Below, in pieces: positions 39,129 to 49,147 of a stretch of 64,000 nucleotides of DNA (position 1 is its first letter; every line of letters starts with the position of its first letter). The translations under genes and the position numbers were made by a program. This DNA is from Bacillota bacterium (GTDB lineage Bacteria; Bacillota; SHA-98; UBA4971): assembly GCA_012516125.1 (NCBI GenBank), contig JAAYXB010000075.1:5829-69828 (forward strand), in the 5' to 3' direction. Below the pieces are notes generated by a model. That model was not told the DNA's origin. It was given only the letters and a program-made list of their open reading frames with translations, and made no database searches.

Positions 39129-40601
39129 TTGGACCCAAAGATCGCAGCAGCCGTCTTGACCCTCCTTCTACTCGTCTTCTCAGCACAAAACCAGACCCCC
39201 TCCCCAGGTTCCGTCGAGCCGCCTGCGAACGTGCACGGTGCGTCGCTGCCGAACAGGACCGTAGCCGAGCCTCCATCCGGGAAGGACGCCGCAAACCAGG
39301 GCCCCCAGGCCACGACCAGGCGCGCGCAGCCTGAACTCGGGGCCGGGGCGAAAGCGAGGCCGGTGCCCGAACTCGAACCGGGCACCAGCACAACGGTCAC
39401 GGAGCGCGCGAGAGTGCGTAAAGGGCCTGGCACATCGTATGCAACCCTCGCGAAGGTGAGCCCTTCCACAAAGTTAGTTACGCTCGCCCGTCACAACGAC
39501 TGGTACCAGGTCCGACTGCAGGACGGACGGGTTGGCTGGATTGCGGGGTTTCTCATCCTGGACCCGGCCGAAGGACGCGGACGCAGCGTGGATCCCGCGC
39601 CGATTCCGACGGCGCCTGGCGGGTCGAACCACAGGCCGCGCGGCACTCGCTGGGTGCTGGGGTACTACACCGAGGACTACCCGGGTGACCCGACATCATA
39701 TGGCTCTCTCTTGAGGAGCAAAGGAGTCCTCGACTCCATGGCAGCTTTCCTGCACCCTGTGGACGCCGGTGGCCGCGTCTCCGGAACGGCGAGCAAGCGC
39801 GCACTCGAGGCCGCGAAGTCCGCAGGAATTCAGGCCCTGGCTCTCGTGCACAACCTGACCACCTCGGGGTTCGATGGGAAGCGGGCCCACGCCATGCTCC
39901 AGAACACCAACTCCCGGACGAGGGCCATAGCGGATATCCTGGATATCCTGGAGCGAGGCGGGTACGATGGCGTGAACATCGATCTCGAGAACGTGTACCC
40001 GTCGGACCGCGACAGGCTCACAGCGTTCATGGAGGAGCTTGCCGAAAAGCTCAGGCCCCGAGGTTACCTTGTAACCATATCGGTGCCCGCGAAGACTGCG
40101 GATCACGCCGGGACCGAGTGGGTGGGGGCGTTTGACTACTACGCGCTCGGCCGAGTGTGCGACCACGTAATGCTGATGACCTACGACGAGCACGCATGGA
40201 CCAGCGGCCCGGGGCCGATCGCGTCTTACAACTGGGTGGAAAGGGTCGTGCGGTACGCCATCACTCAGATGCCGCGAAGCAAGATCCTGCTGGGCATCCC
40301 GGCCTACGGCTACGACTGGAACCTTCACACGGGCCGCGTCACGGCTCTTTCGTACACGCAGGTCATGAACCGTGCGAGAAGCCTCGGCATCGACCCGTCG
40401 TGGGACTCGACGGCGAGATCGCCTTACTTCAAATATGTAGACGCACGCGGCGAGCGCCATGAGGTGTGGTTCGAGTCTTCCCACAGCATAAAGCCCAAGC
40501 TTGATCTCGTCACCAGGTACGACCTGGGCGGAGTGGCCATATGGAGGCTGGGATACGAGGATGACGCCTACTGGCAGGTCATCCGCGAAAAGCTGGGGTG
40601 A
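39129..40601 (+). CDS. Secreted SH3-domain GH18 glycoside hydrolase (YaaH/YdhD-like)
   Basis: Signal peptide, VRKGPGTSY...WYQV...GWI SH3b, DGVNIDLE, LMTYD, GVAIWRLG; AAGGAGG RBS before TTG. Confidence 0.92.
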   Translation: MDPKIAAAVLTLLLLVFSAQNQTPSPGSVEPPANVHGASLPNRTVAEPPSGKDAANQGPQATTRRAQPELGAGAKARPVPELEPGTSTTVTERARVRKGPGTSYATLAKVSPSTKLVTLARHNDWYQVRLQDGRVGWIAGFLILDPAEGRGRSVDPAPIPTAPGGSNHRPRGTRWVLGYYTEDYPGDPTSYGSLLRSKGVLDSMAAFLHPVDAGGRVSGTASKRALEAAKSAGIQALALVHNLTTSGFDGKRAHAMLQNTNSRTRAIADILDILERGGYDGVNIDLENVYPSDRDRLTAFMEELAEKLRPRGYLVTISVPAKTADHAGTEWVGAFDYYALGRVCDHVMLMTYDEHAWTSGPGPIASYNWVERVVRYAITQMPRSKILLGIPAYGYDWNLHTGRVTALSYTQVMNRARSLGIDPSWDSTARSPYFKYVDARGERHEVWFESSHSIKPKLDLVTRYDLGGVAIWRLGYEDDAYWQVIREKLG

Positions 40602-40725
40602 GGCGTGGGAGAAGCCTGGGCTCGTGCGAGCGCTGACGCGAACCCAGAGCCTGGCACGGCCCATGCCGCAGGACGACGCTGGACGCTGGACCTTGGCGCA
40701 GCCACACGGCTTTTCACAGGGCTGC

Positions 40726-41745
40726 TTACTGCATGCCGAGAAGCTCGGATATGGTGGCGAACTGATAGCCCTTCTTGCGTGCCGCCTCAACGATGGCCGG
40801 AAGCGCTTTGTTTGTGACCTCTGCGGGGTGCATCAGAATGATCGCTCCGGGGGTCGTCTTGCGTACCACCCGGTCGATCACTTTCTGCGGGTCGCTGGTC
40901 TTCCAATCTATCGTGTCGATGGTCCACATGATCGTGGTGTAGCCAAGGGACGCAGCAGCCGACGTCACCGTCTGGTTGCATTCGCCGTACGGTGGAGCGA
41001 AGAGCTTGCTGGGCCTTGCTCCGAGCCTTCCAAGCAGGTCTTCGTTCCGCAGGATGAGGTCACGGATCTCGGCCTCGGGCATCCTGGCCACGTGGACGTG
41101 CTTCGCCCCGTGGTTTCCGATCTCGTGCCCCTCGTCCGCGAGAAGCTTCACGAACTCCGGACGCTTTTCCGCCCACTCGCCGTCCAGGAAGAACGTGGCC
41201 TTCACGTTGTGGGCGCGGAGGGTCTCCAGCATGGCGGGGATGTGCTCCTCACCCCACGCCACGTTCACCGAAAGGGCCATGACCTTCTGGTCGGTCTCTA
41301 CCCTGTAGACGGGGTTGAACAGCCTCCGCGTTATGCTCGGCATTACGGCTACCCTGGCAAGCTCGACCGCCTCACCCGGCTTTGCCTGCATCACCCGGGC
41401 CACCGTGAGGTCCACGTCAACGTCGATCCCTGGCTCCTCCGCTATGATCTCCCCGGTCTCCTTGAAGAACATGGCGTCCTTCGGGGAGACCCGTTCCCGC
41501 TCTGCCATGGTCTCGACGATGCGTCGCACCTCCTGGGCCAGCAGCCCCGCCACCTGCTTGCCTTCAAGAGTCACGCCGGGACGGACCCCGTGGAAGACGC
41601 GTCTCACCTCGTCGAGGGATGAGACAAAGACCGCGGTGAACACCATTACAAGAAGGGCGAACGCCGCAAGCAGTACCCCCTCCCTGCTTATCACGATGGC
41701 GGTCAAGCGCGCCTCGCGCCTTGGCAGCAACCTGTCCTTACGCAT
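40726..41745 (-). CDS. Polysaccharide deacetylase family sporulation protein (YlxY-like)
   Basis: ALSVNVAWG, ATFF, GNHGAKH, FAPPYG, WTIDTIDW, ILMHP. Confidence 0.9.
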   Translation of the reverse strand: MRKDRLLPRREARLTAIVISREGVLLAAFALLVMVFTAVFVSSLDEVRRVFHGVRPGVTLEGKQVAGLLAQEVRRIVETMAERERVSPKDAMFFKETGEIIAEEPGIDVDVDLTVARVMQAKPGEAVELARVAVMPSITRRLFNPVYRVETDQKVMALSVNVAWGEEHIPAMLETLRAHNVKATFFLDGEWAEKRPEFVKLLADEGHEIGNHGAKHVHVARMPEAEIRDLILRNEDLLGRLGARPSKLFAPPYGECNQTVTSAAASLGYTTIMWTIDTIDWKTSDPQKVIDRVVRKTTPGAIILMHPAEVTNKALPAIVEAARKKGYQFATISELLGMQ

Positions 41746-42559
41746 CAGCCGGAGACCTCCCCTCATGCCGCCTCGCATCTCCCGGTGGCTCTATCGGGCG
41801 CTGCTCCCCTGTGTGAGGGTGTATGTAGTACCGTCCCTCCAGCAGGAGGCTGGAAAGGGGAACGATGGCGTAGCCCTGCTTCTTCAGCTCGGCTATGATG
41901 AGGGGCAGCGCTTCCACCGTGTGGGCGCCCGTCACATGGAACCGCACGATGGCGCCCTTGTGAATCTTCCCGAGGACCCTGGCCTTCATGTCAGCCGCAG
42001 GAGCGCCCCGCCAGTCCAGCGAGTCTATGCTCCACACCACCGTCTCATAGCCGAGGTCTCTGGCGGTCTCAATGACCTTGTTGCTATACTCGCCGTATGG
42101 GGGACGGAACACCTTCGGCGCCAGTCCCGTCACCTCTTCTATGGTCTTGTGAGCCTTCTCCAGCTCCCGCTTGAGCTCGGATGCGAGACACGAATTCGGG
42201 TGCGGCACAGAGTAGGTGTAGTTCCCGAGGTCGTGGCCACAAGACACGATCTGCCGGGCCGCTAGCGGATGGTCCATGACCCACTTCCCCGAGAGAAAGA
42301 ACGTCGCCCTGACATCGTGCTCCTTCAGTACCGCGAGGATCTCCGTGGTCCGGTCCCTGCCGAACCCGCTCTCGAACGTGAAGGCGACCTTGTCGTCCGC
42401 CGTTGCGACGAAGTATACGGGCACGAGCCTGCCCGATACCGTGGCGATGACCGCCCTTGCCGCGCCGACGAGAGCAAGCTCGGCAGCGTGCACGAGGACG
42501 AGCAGCACGACGGCTGCAATGAGCAGGCGGTGCCAGTTTCGTCCTATGATAACGAGCAC
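41738..42559 (-). CDS. PdaB-like polysaccharide deacetylase with degenerate active site
   Basis: ATFFLSG, FRPPYGEY, WSIDSLDW retained; TFES replaces TFD(D) and GNYTYSVP replaces GNHxxxHP. Confidence 0.85.
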   Translation of the reverse strand: MLVIIGRNWHRLLIAAVVLLVLVHAAELALVGAARAVIATVSGRLVPVYFVATADDKVAFTFESGFGRDRTTEILAVLKEHDVRATFFLSGKWVMDHPLAARQIVSCGHDLGNYTYSVPHPNSCLASELKRELEKAHKTIEEVTGLAPKVFRPPYGEYSNKVIETARDLGYETVVWSIDSLDWRGAPAADMKARVLGKIHKGAIVRFHVTGAHTVEALPLIIAELKKQGYAIVPLSSLLLEGRYYIHPHTGEQRPIEPPGDARRHEGRSPADA

Positions 42560-42592
42560 GGACCGCCCTCCCTGTGGACCGCATTCCGGTTA

Positions 42593-42621
42593 TATGTATG
42601 CGGGCCCAGCACCCGGCATGC
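42593..42621 (-). promoter_or_regulatory. Candidate sigE-type promoter
   Basis: GCATG-N16-CATACATA on the minus strand upstream of the pdaB-like gene. Confidence 0.45.
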
Positions 42622-42807
42622 CTCGGGTTATCAGGGCGGGTTTGGTCGCTCCCCCACCCCCGGCGCAGGGTGCCGACGGGCCGCCGCAGGGCAGGACGCG
42701 CACAAGTTCATCGCCGCTCCCGGCGCGAGGCGACGACGGGGGCGGGCCTGCCGCCCCCGCATGTGCTGTCGTGGAGATAGATTGACGTTACGCCGGCAGG
42801 CGAACGT

Positions 42808-43263
42808 CTACCTTGCGAAGTAGTGGTTGCCGATGACGGTGGTGATGGGGCGAGAGTAGATCCATGGGGACGTGACTCGGGCGGGATTGTAGAAGTAGAG
42901 GGCGCCGTACGTGGGATCCCATCCGGACAGCGCGTCCTGGGCCGCCCGATACGACTCCGGGTCCGGCGGCAGGTTAATCTGCCCGTCCATGACCGACGTG
43001 AACGCCCACGGCTCGTAGATCACCCCAGCTATCGTCTTGGGGAACAGCGGGCTTTTCACCCTGTTCATGACGACCGCACCCACGGCAACCTTGCCCAGGT
43101 ACGGCTCGCCTCTGGCCTCACCCGCTATGAGGTGGGCAAGAAGCTGGTAGTCAGATGACGCTGCGCTCGCGACATCGCCCGACGGCACGGGAAGATGCGC
43201 CGACGAGACGAGGAGCACGGCCAGAAGCCCGAGTGCTACAAGTCTGGTCTTGCCGTGTCTCAT
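42808..43263 (-). CDS. SleB/Hydrolase_2-family cell wall hydrolase (signal peptide plus catalytic domain)
   Basis: AGEARGEPYLGKVAVGAVVMNRV, WDPTYGALYFYNP, IGNHYF. Confidence 0.92.
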   Translation of the reverse strand: MRHGKTRLVALGLLAVLLVSSAHLPVPSGDVASAASSDYQLLAHLIAGEARGEPYLGKVAVGAVVMNRVKSPLFPKTIAGVIYEPWAFTSVMDGQINLPPDPESYRAAQDALSGWDPTYGALYFYNPARVTSPWIYSRPITTVIGNHYFAR

Positions 43264-43414
43264 GGCGTTACCTCCTTACCTGGTACTCTGTCGTAGCGCG
43301 CGAAGGCGCGCCAAGCGGGGCCGAACGACCCCGTTTATACGAACTCGTGAGCGGATTATAGCATATACCTGCAGGAAAGAACAACCGGAAGATCATGTTA
43401 AGGCAGATCCTGGG

Positions 43415-45643
43415 CTAACCTAGCCAGGCGGACACGGTCGAGGCGACCTCCGCGGTGGTGCCTGTGAAGCACGTGACGCCGACCGGGAGCGACGAGAGGA
43501 AGACCCTGCCGTATGACTTCTCCACGAGCCTTCTATCGAGGACGACCACGACGCCCCTGTCTTCGCGGGATCTTATGAGCCTTCCGAATCCCTGGCGGAA
43601 CCTCACTACCGCGCTGGGGAGGGCATACGAGTAGAACCCGCTGGCACCAGCCTTTTCCGCAGCCTCCACCTTCGCTTCGACCAGCGGGCTTGTGGGCACC
43701 TGGAACGGCAGCTTGACCAGGATCACGCATGAGAGCGCTTCGCCCGGCACGTCAACGCCCTGCCAGAAGCTGTCGGCCCCAAGGAGGACACCAGGCTTCT
43801 CACGAAAGTGCGCCAGCATGAGATGGCGGGGCATATCGCCTTGCCTAAGCACAGGAATCCCTGCCGCCTCGAGGCCGTCGCGAAGCGCCTCGTGGGTGCG
43901 ATGGAGCATGTCCATGGACGTGAAGAGAACGAACGCGCGTCCCTTCGATGCCATTACGATGTCCATGATGGCCCTCGCGGCCGTGTCTACGAACCCCGGG
44001 TCCTGGGGCTGTGGGAGGTCGCAAGGCACAGCAAGCAGCGCCTGCCTCGAGAAATCGAAAGGTGAGTCGAAGATGAGCTCTATCGGCGGCTCGTCGAGGT
44101 CCGTAAGGCCGACCTCTTTTCTAAAGAACCCGAACTCGCCGCGCACAGTCATGGTGGCCGACGTGAACACGGCCGACTCCACCTGCGAGAACAGGCGCTC
44201 CGCAAGAATCGGCCCGACATCCAGGGGTGTCGCCACAAGCCCGATGTCATGTGGGGTTATCTCCGCCCAGTACACATACGCCTCGTCCCCCCGGCACATC
44301 ACGAAATCAAGGGCCGTCGCCTCCGATGAGATCCTCGCTGCCACGCCCTGGAGATCGGCCATCGCGCCCTGGAGATCCTCATCGGCCTCGTCGCCGAGGT
44401 CCGCAAGGCTGTCGAGGACGGAGCCAAGGTCGCGGGCAACCTCACCCGCCCTGATGATCACCCGCTCCGCGCCCGGTGTGACCTCCTCCTGCCACACGGG
44501 GCTTGCGGTAAGCTGCCCCTTCAGCCTCACGGCCCGCTGTCCGCTACGCTCACGTTCGCCTTGGCGTTCGCGCTCCCATTCACGTTCGCGTTGGCGTTCG
44601 CGTTCATGCTGCTCGCCGTTGGAGCTCCCCTGCCCCGTCGCCCGCACGAGCGAGTCGAAGAACCACTCGACGCTCTCTCGCAAACGCTTCACGCCTTCGG
44701 CAGCCGTATCCACCAGCCGCGCAATACCAGCAACGTCGCCCTCGGGCGCTCCTCCCGCGCCCCGAAACAGCCTCAGCCGGAGCGACGGAAGCAGCCCGCC
44801 CTCGCCACGCCGCTCCCGCTCGGTCCGGACGAGGTCCTGGCAGGCCCTGCGCATCTGGGCAAGGCTCGCGCGGCGGCCGAGTCTCTCCGCCGCAACCTCC
44901 GGGACGTTGTGCGCTTCATCGAAAACCACGTAACGGTAGTCCGGAAGCACCCGGGCGCCGGACGCGGTCGGGAACGCCGTCCTGAGTGCGAGGTCGGAGA
45001 AGAGCAGGTGATGGTTGGTGACCAGGATGTCCGCCTCCTCCATCTCCGCCCTTGCCCTGGCAAAGTAGCAGAGCGACAGGTACGGACACTTCGCGCGCAG
45101 GCACGACATGGAATCCGAGGCGATCCGATCCCAGAGGGCAGCGGGCACTATAGTTTGGAAGTCAGATCTTGAGCCGGTGGCGACCTTTGGCAGCTCCGCG
45201 AGGAGCGCCGCCAGTGCCTGGCGAAGGGACGGGTCGACCGACATATCGTCCGCCTCGTTCGCGACACATGCCAGCTTGCGTCGGCATATATAGTTCGCCC
45301 GTCCTTTGACAAGCGTGAAGCTGAATCGCACACCGAGAGCCCGCGAGAGGTCGGGGAGATCCTTGTGGATGAGCTGCTCCTGGAGGTTTATCGTGTTTGT
45401 GGATACCACCACCTTCTCACGCCTTTCGCGCGCCCATAGCACGGCCGGAACCAGGTATGCCATGGACTTGCCGGTGCCCGTCCCGCTTTCGACGACCGCA
45501 TGGCGGGACGTGGAAAACGCCCTCCACACCGCAAGGGCCATTTCAATCTGGGATTGCCTGACCTCGTAGCCGTCGAACGCGCGCGCGAGCGGGCCGTCAG
45601 GCGCGAAGACGGCCGCGACCTCGTCCCTGCCAGACCGCGCCAT
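43415..45643 (-). CDS. DinG/YoaA-family ATP-dependent helicase
   Basis: ESGTGTGKS, KGRANYIC with Fe-S Cys, DEAH, TSAT, FRQGFGRLIR. Confidence 0.95.
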   Translation of the reverse strand: MARSGRDEVAAVFAPDGPLARAFDGYEVRQSQIEMALAVWRAFSTSRHAVVESGTGTGKSMAYLVPAVLWARERREKVVVSTNTINLQEQLIHKDLPDLSRALGVRFSFTLVKGRANYICRRKLACVANEADDMSVDPSLRQALAALLAELPKVATGSRSDFQTIVPAALWDRIASDSMSCLRAKCPYLSLCYFARARAEMEEADILVTNHHLLFSDLALRTAFPTASGARVLPDYRYVVFDEAHNVPEVAAERLGRRASLAQMRRACQDLVRTERERRGEGGLLPSLRLRLFRGAGGAPEGDVAGIARLVDTAAEGVKRLRESVEWFFDSLVRATGQGSSNGEQHERERQREREWERERQGERERSGQRAVRLKGQLTASPVWQEEVTPGAERVIIRAGEVARDLGSVLDSLADLGDEADEDLQGAMADLQGVAARISSEATALDFVMCRGDEAYVYWAEITPHDIGLVATPLDVGPILAERLFSQVESAVFTSATMTVRGEFGFFRKEVGLTDLDEPPIELIFDSPFDFSRQALLAVPCDLPQPQDPGFVDTAARAIMDIVMASKGRAFVLFTSMDMLHRTHEALRDGLEAAGIPVLRQGDMPRHLMLAHFREKPGVLLGADSFWQGVDVPGEALSCVILVKLPFQVPTSPLVEAKVEAAEKAGASGFYSYALPSAVVRFRQGFGRLIRSREDRGVVVVLDRRLVEKSYGRVFLSSLPVGVTCFTGTTAEVASTVSAWLG
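44551..44610. repeat. Imperfect 30-bp tandem duplication inside the DinG-like gene
   Basis: cacgttcgccttggcgttcgcg... at 44551 and cacgttcgcgttggcgttcgcg... at 44581; encodes an E/R-rich insert. Confidence 0.75.
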
Positions 45644-46525
45644 CTACCAGCTCACCGCCTCGGCTGCGATACGACGCAGTGCGGCAAGGTTGCGCGCATC
45701 GTCGTCAAGAGTCCTGTGGGGCGTCTCGAGGATGAACGGAAGATGCGCAAGCCTGCTGCAGCCGAGGATGGCACGAAAGCCGGCCTCGCCGATTCGGCCC
45801 TCGCCGATGTTAGCGTGGCGGTCAAGGTGCGACCCCAGGTCTCCCACGGAATCGTTGGCATGTACGAGCGCGAGGCTGTCCGCGCCCACGGTGGCCTCGA
45901 GCTCATCGAGGACCCGCGATATGCCCTCCATGGTCCGGACCTCGTAGCCCGCGGCAAAGATGTGGCAGGTGTCAAGGCATATACCGAGCGGCACCGCGCG
46001 TGCCCGGTCCATTATCTCCATCTGTTCCTCGAAGGTCTTCCCGATCTCCGTGCCTGCTCCCGACACCATCTCCAGGAGAAGGCGCGGCCCCTTTCCTGCC
46101 TCGTTCGTGGCCGGGGGTTTGTGGCACGCTATCTCGCACGCATCTACGATTGCCGCAGCGATTCTCGCTATGCCGGCCTCCTCCCCCGAGCCAAGGTGGC
46201 TACCGGGGTGGAACACGAGCATCTCGGCGCCGACCGCCTTCGCGAGCATGATGTCGTGGGCCAGCGCATCGCGTGACGCCTCATACGTTTCTTTCCTGGG
46301 AGAGGCGAGGTTGAGGAGGTACGGAGCGTGGATGACCAGGGGACCTGTGCCCGCAGCCGCAAGGCCCTCTCTGAAAAGCCTGGCTTCCTCCTCGTTGACC
46401 GACCCTGCACGAAGGCTCCGCGGGCTTCGCGAGAACATCTGGATCGTGTCGCATCCGAGGGCGCGCGCGGCATCGAGAGCGCTCATGAGGCCCCCGGCCC
46501 TGTTCACGTGGACGCCGAACTTCAT
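45644..46525 (-). CDS. nfo: Endonuclease IV
   Basis: GVHV, HAPYLLNLAS, FHPGS, CLDTCH, HANDS, DRHANIG, LETP. Confidence 0.95.
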   Translation of the reverse strand: MKFGVHVNRAGGLMSALDAARALGCDTIQMFSRSPRSLRAGSVNEEEARLFREGLAAAGTGPLVIHAPYLLNLASPRKETYEASRDALAHDIMLAKAVGAEMLVFHPGSHLGSGEEAGIARIAAAIVDACEIACHKPPATNEAGKGPRLLLEMVSGAGTEIGKTFEEQMEIMDRARAVPLGICLDTCHIFAAGYEVRTMEGISRVLDELEATVGADSLALVHANDSVGDLGSHLDRHANIGEGRIGEAGFRAILGCSRLAHLPFILETPHRTLDDDARNLAALRRIAAEAVSW

Positions 46526-46538
46526 GGCACATCACCCC

Positions 46539-46613
46539 GGTGGCAGGTATTCGCTGCTCGGAAGGGATTTCCTGCAACCGGGCAACCTTCACGGTTTTGG
46601 GCGGAACGAACCT
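46539..46613 (+). repeat. Degenerate copy of the dispersed repeat
   Basis: GGTGGCAGGT...TGCAACCGGGCAACC...GAACCT resemble the core and right end of copies A-C. Confidence 0.4.
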
Positions 46614-46633
46614 GCGATGTCCCGGGTCCCGGG

Positions 46634-47449
46634 CTACCTGCGTCCGAGGGCGTCAAAGAAGCGAAGGACCGGGTTCCGCTCGATGGCGGCCGTGATGGAA
46701 TGGTGCTCGGCGTAGACGTGGACAAGACCCAGGACGAGGAGCGCCGCCACCCTGACGGCAAGCGGGGTGGCGAGCACCAGCCAGTAGCCGAGGGCTGCTC
46801 CCAGGGGATTGCTCCCAGCGTCCCCGAGCATGCTGCGCTCAGCGAGGTCGTCCTTTATCCCCGCGAGCGTGGCCCCAGCCAGGCCCACCGGGACGAGCCC
46901 GGGAGCGGGTAGACCGGTCGTCAGCACGAGCGTTGCGACGCCCGCCAGGTATGCCTTGGCCGCACGGCCGGGCCGGAGGTCGAGGAGGTTTGAGAAATTC
47001 GCGGCGAGGGCCACGACCACAGAATTCATGACAAGGACGAGAGGAGGGAGCGCCGGTGCGGCCATGCGAACGGCGAGCGCCGCAAAGGTCAGGACGACGA
47101 CGGCCTTGAGGATGCCTGTCGTGAGGATCCCCTTTCTGAAAAGCGCCGCCGCGTGCCCGGCAATGCCCCGTGAATCGCCGGACCCAAACAGATCATCGAC
47201 GGCACCGGCGAACATGGCGGCGTTCACGACGAGAAGGCATGGGGCGGACAAGGCCACGCCGGCGCCGCCGAACGTCATAACGGCGCCGGACGCAAGCGTC
47301 CCCGAGATAACGAGGGGGATCCCCATTGACGCCGGAACGAGGCGCCCTGCGTAATTGGGCCGGAGGTGGCCCGAGCGCTCCATCATGTCACGCGCGGACG
47401 GGATGATGGCAAGGCCGAGCACACACGCGAGGACGAAACAGGCCACCAA
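46634..47449 (-). CDS. Glycosyltransferase family 4 (MraY/WecA-like) membrane protein
   Basis: GAVDD, NLLDLRPGRA, MLGDAGSN; multiple TMs. Confidence 0.85.
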   Translation of the reverse strand: MVACFVLACVLGLAIIPSARDMMERSGHLRPNYAGRLVPASMGIPLVISGTLASGAVMTFGGAGVALSAPCLLVVNAAMFAGAVDDLFGSGDSRGIAGHAAALFRKGILTTGILKAVVVLTFAALAVRMAAPALPPLVLVMNSVVVALAANFSNLLDLRPGRAAKAYLAGVATLVLTTGLPAPGLVPVGLAGATLAGIKDDLAERSMLGDAGSNPLGAALGYWLVLATPLAVRVAALLVLGLVHVYAEHHSITAAIERNPVLRFFDALGRR

Positions 47450-47458
47450 TGCCTCGCC

Positions 47459-48175
47459 TCACCTCCCTGCCCCGGTCCTCGGGAATTGTATGACGCGGCA
47501 GGCGAGAGCCCGTGCCACCCAGTACAGTTGCCGCCCTCTGTGAACGAACCCGGCGAAATCCCGGGCCGTCGCCCTGTGCGACATCTCGCAGTCAACCTCG
47601 ACGATACGGTATCCGCGCCTTGCCGCGTCGATGGTGAGCGCGACCTCGACGCCGAACCCGCCCGCAAACGGCACAAGTCCGAGAACAACCTCGCGCCTCG
47701 CCGCCCGTTGCCCTGAAAGCGGGGCCGACAGCCAGAGCCCACACAGGCACCTTATGCCGAGCCTGGCCACGGCTTTAACGATGCCAAATCCGCCCACACC
47801 GGTTCCCCGGGGCGCCCGCGGGAACCTGGCGATGGCCATGTCCGCCTCGCCCCGCACGACCGGCGCGATAAGCCTCCCGACCTCGGATGCGGTCTCCGCC
47901 AGGTCGGCATCGAGAAAGACCACGACATCCCCCGTAGCCCGCATCACGCCCTCGGTAAGCGCGGCACCCTTGCCGGATCTGCGCTCCATGCGCACCACGC
48001 GCGCTCCCGCGGCCGCGGCTGCCGGAGCGGTCCCGTCGGTGGACCCATCGTCAACCACGAGCACCTCGCAGGCAAAACCGCAAGCCACGGCACCCGCCCT
48101 GGCGGCCCTCACCGTGGAGGCCACGGCGTGGCTCTCATTGTGTGCGGGAATGATCACGGAGACGGGGTAGCTCAT
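47459..48175 (-). CDS. Glycosyltransferase family 2
   Basis: VIIPAHNE, VVDDGSTD, GKGAA, FLDAD, PLSGQRA. Confidence 0.93.
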   Translation of the reverse strand: MSYPVSVIIPAHNESHAVASTVRAARAGAVACGFACEVLVVDDGSTDGTAPAAAAAGARVVRMERRSGKGAALTEGVMRATGDVVVFLDADLAETASEVGRLIAPVVRGEADMAIARFPRAPRGTGVGGFGIVKAVARLGIRCLCGLWLSAPLSGQRAARREVVLGLVPFAGGFGVEVALTIDAARRGYRIVEVDCEMSHRATARDFAGFVHRGRQLYWVARALACRVIQFPRTGAGR

Positions 48176-49119
48176 CCAGGAGGCCCCCAGACGTCCGGCA
48201 CCCGGGTTCCCGAGGTGTCCTTGATCCCGAAGTGGCCCTGTTGCCCGGCGAGGGCGTAAACCAGGGAGAGGCGACCAAGCGGGAGGTCGGCGCAATCAAC
48301 GGTGGGAATCCCTTCCCGCTTGTAGTCCACAATGTGCGAGACCTTCACGTCCCACCTCTCCGCCCCGACGACGTCCACCTGGAGGTTCTTCAGGGCCCGC
48401 ACGATCGGGATCCCTGCGGCGGCCGGGCTGAACGCCGGGTCGGGGCTGCCCACCACCACCACGACCGCATCCGCGCGCTCGCCATCCCTGGCCCGCCCGG
48501 CATCTTCCGCCCCCTTAGGACCACTCGTGCCATGCACCCCCTCGCCGCCTGAGGCCGCATATCCCAGCGCGAAGAGGGTGTCAAGCAGGGGATCAACGTC
48601 GCCGAGCACAACGTACAAGGCAAGCGCACGGGCGGCCTCGCGCCCCACGGCCTCGGCCCCGGACACCGCCAGCCCCAGTGATGATGCGACCTCCCTTGCC
48701 TCTCGGCCTGGCGCCGGGACAAGGCTCTTGTTGACGTAAACCGCTCGCACCAGCCTGCCTCCTGCATCCTTGATGCTGCGCTCGATCCTCTCTACCCCTT
48801 CTGGGGACATCGCCTCCCGACACACAACGATGGCCACGCTCCTCCCCGAAAGCTTGCCCCGGGTAAGCGACGCGACCACCATGTCTTCGAAGTCGAGCGA
48901 CGCAGCAAGGGCCCGCTCCGAGGCGGCAAGCCTCGCACCGAGGTCCTCCCTCTCGGCCTTGAGGCGGGCGAAGTCTTCCTCAAGCCGGTCGATCATCCGC
49001 TCCTGCCGCTCAACAAGGGCGCTGTCGGTCACCATCGCGCTACCGACCAGAATGCCCACGCCGAGCGCAAGGAACACGGCCACAAGGGAGGCCACGTGGT
49101 ATTTCATATCGATCATCAC
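48172..49119 (-). CDS. MctB/SteB-family protein
   Basis: MKYHVASLVAVFLALGVGILVG N-terminus, coiled coil, C-terminal GHFGIK. Confidence 0.88.
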   Translation of the reverse strand: MMIDMKYHVASLVAVFLALGVGILVGSAMVTDSALVERQERMIDRLEEDFARLKAEREDLGARLAASERALAASLDFEDMVVASLTRGKLSGRSVAIVVCREAMSPEGVERIERSIKDAGGRLVRAVYVNKSLVPAPGREAREVASSLGLAVSGAEAVGREAARALALYVVLGDVDPLLDTLFALGYAASGGEGVHGTSGPKGAEDAGRARDGERADAVVVVVGSPDPAFSPAAAGIPIVRALKNLQVDVVGAERWDVKVSHIVDYKREGIPTVDCADLPLGRLSLVYALAGQQGHFGIKDTSGTRVPDVWGPPG

Positions 49120-49147
49120 AGCCGGGGCACCCCTTCCGGCTTAGCTG

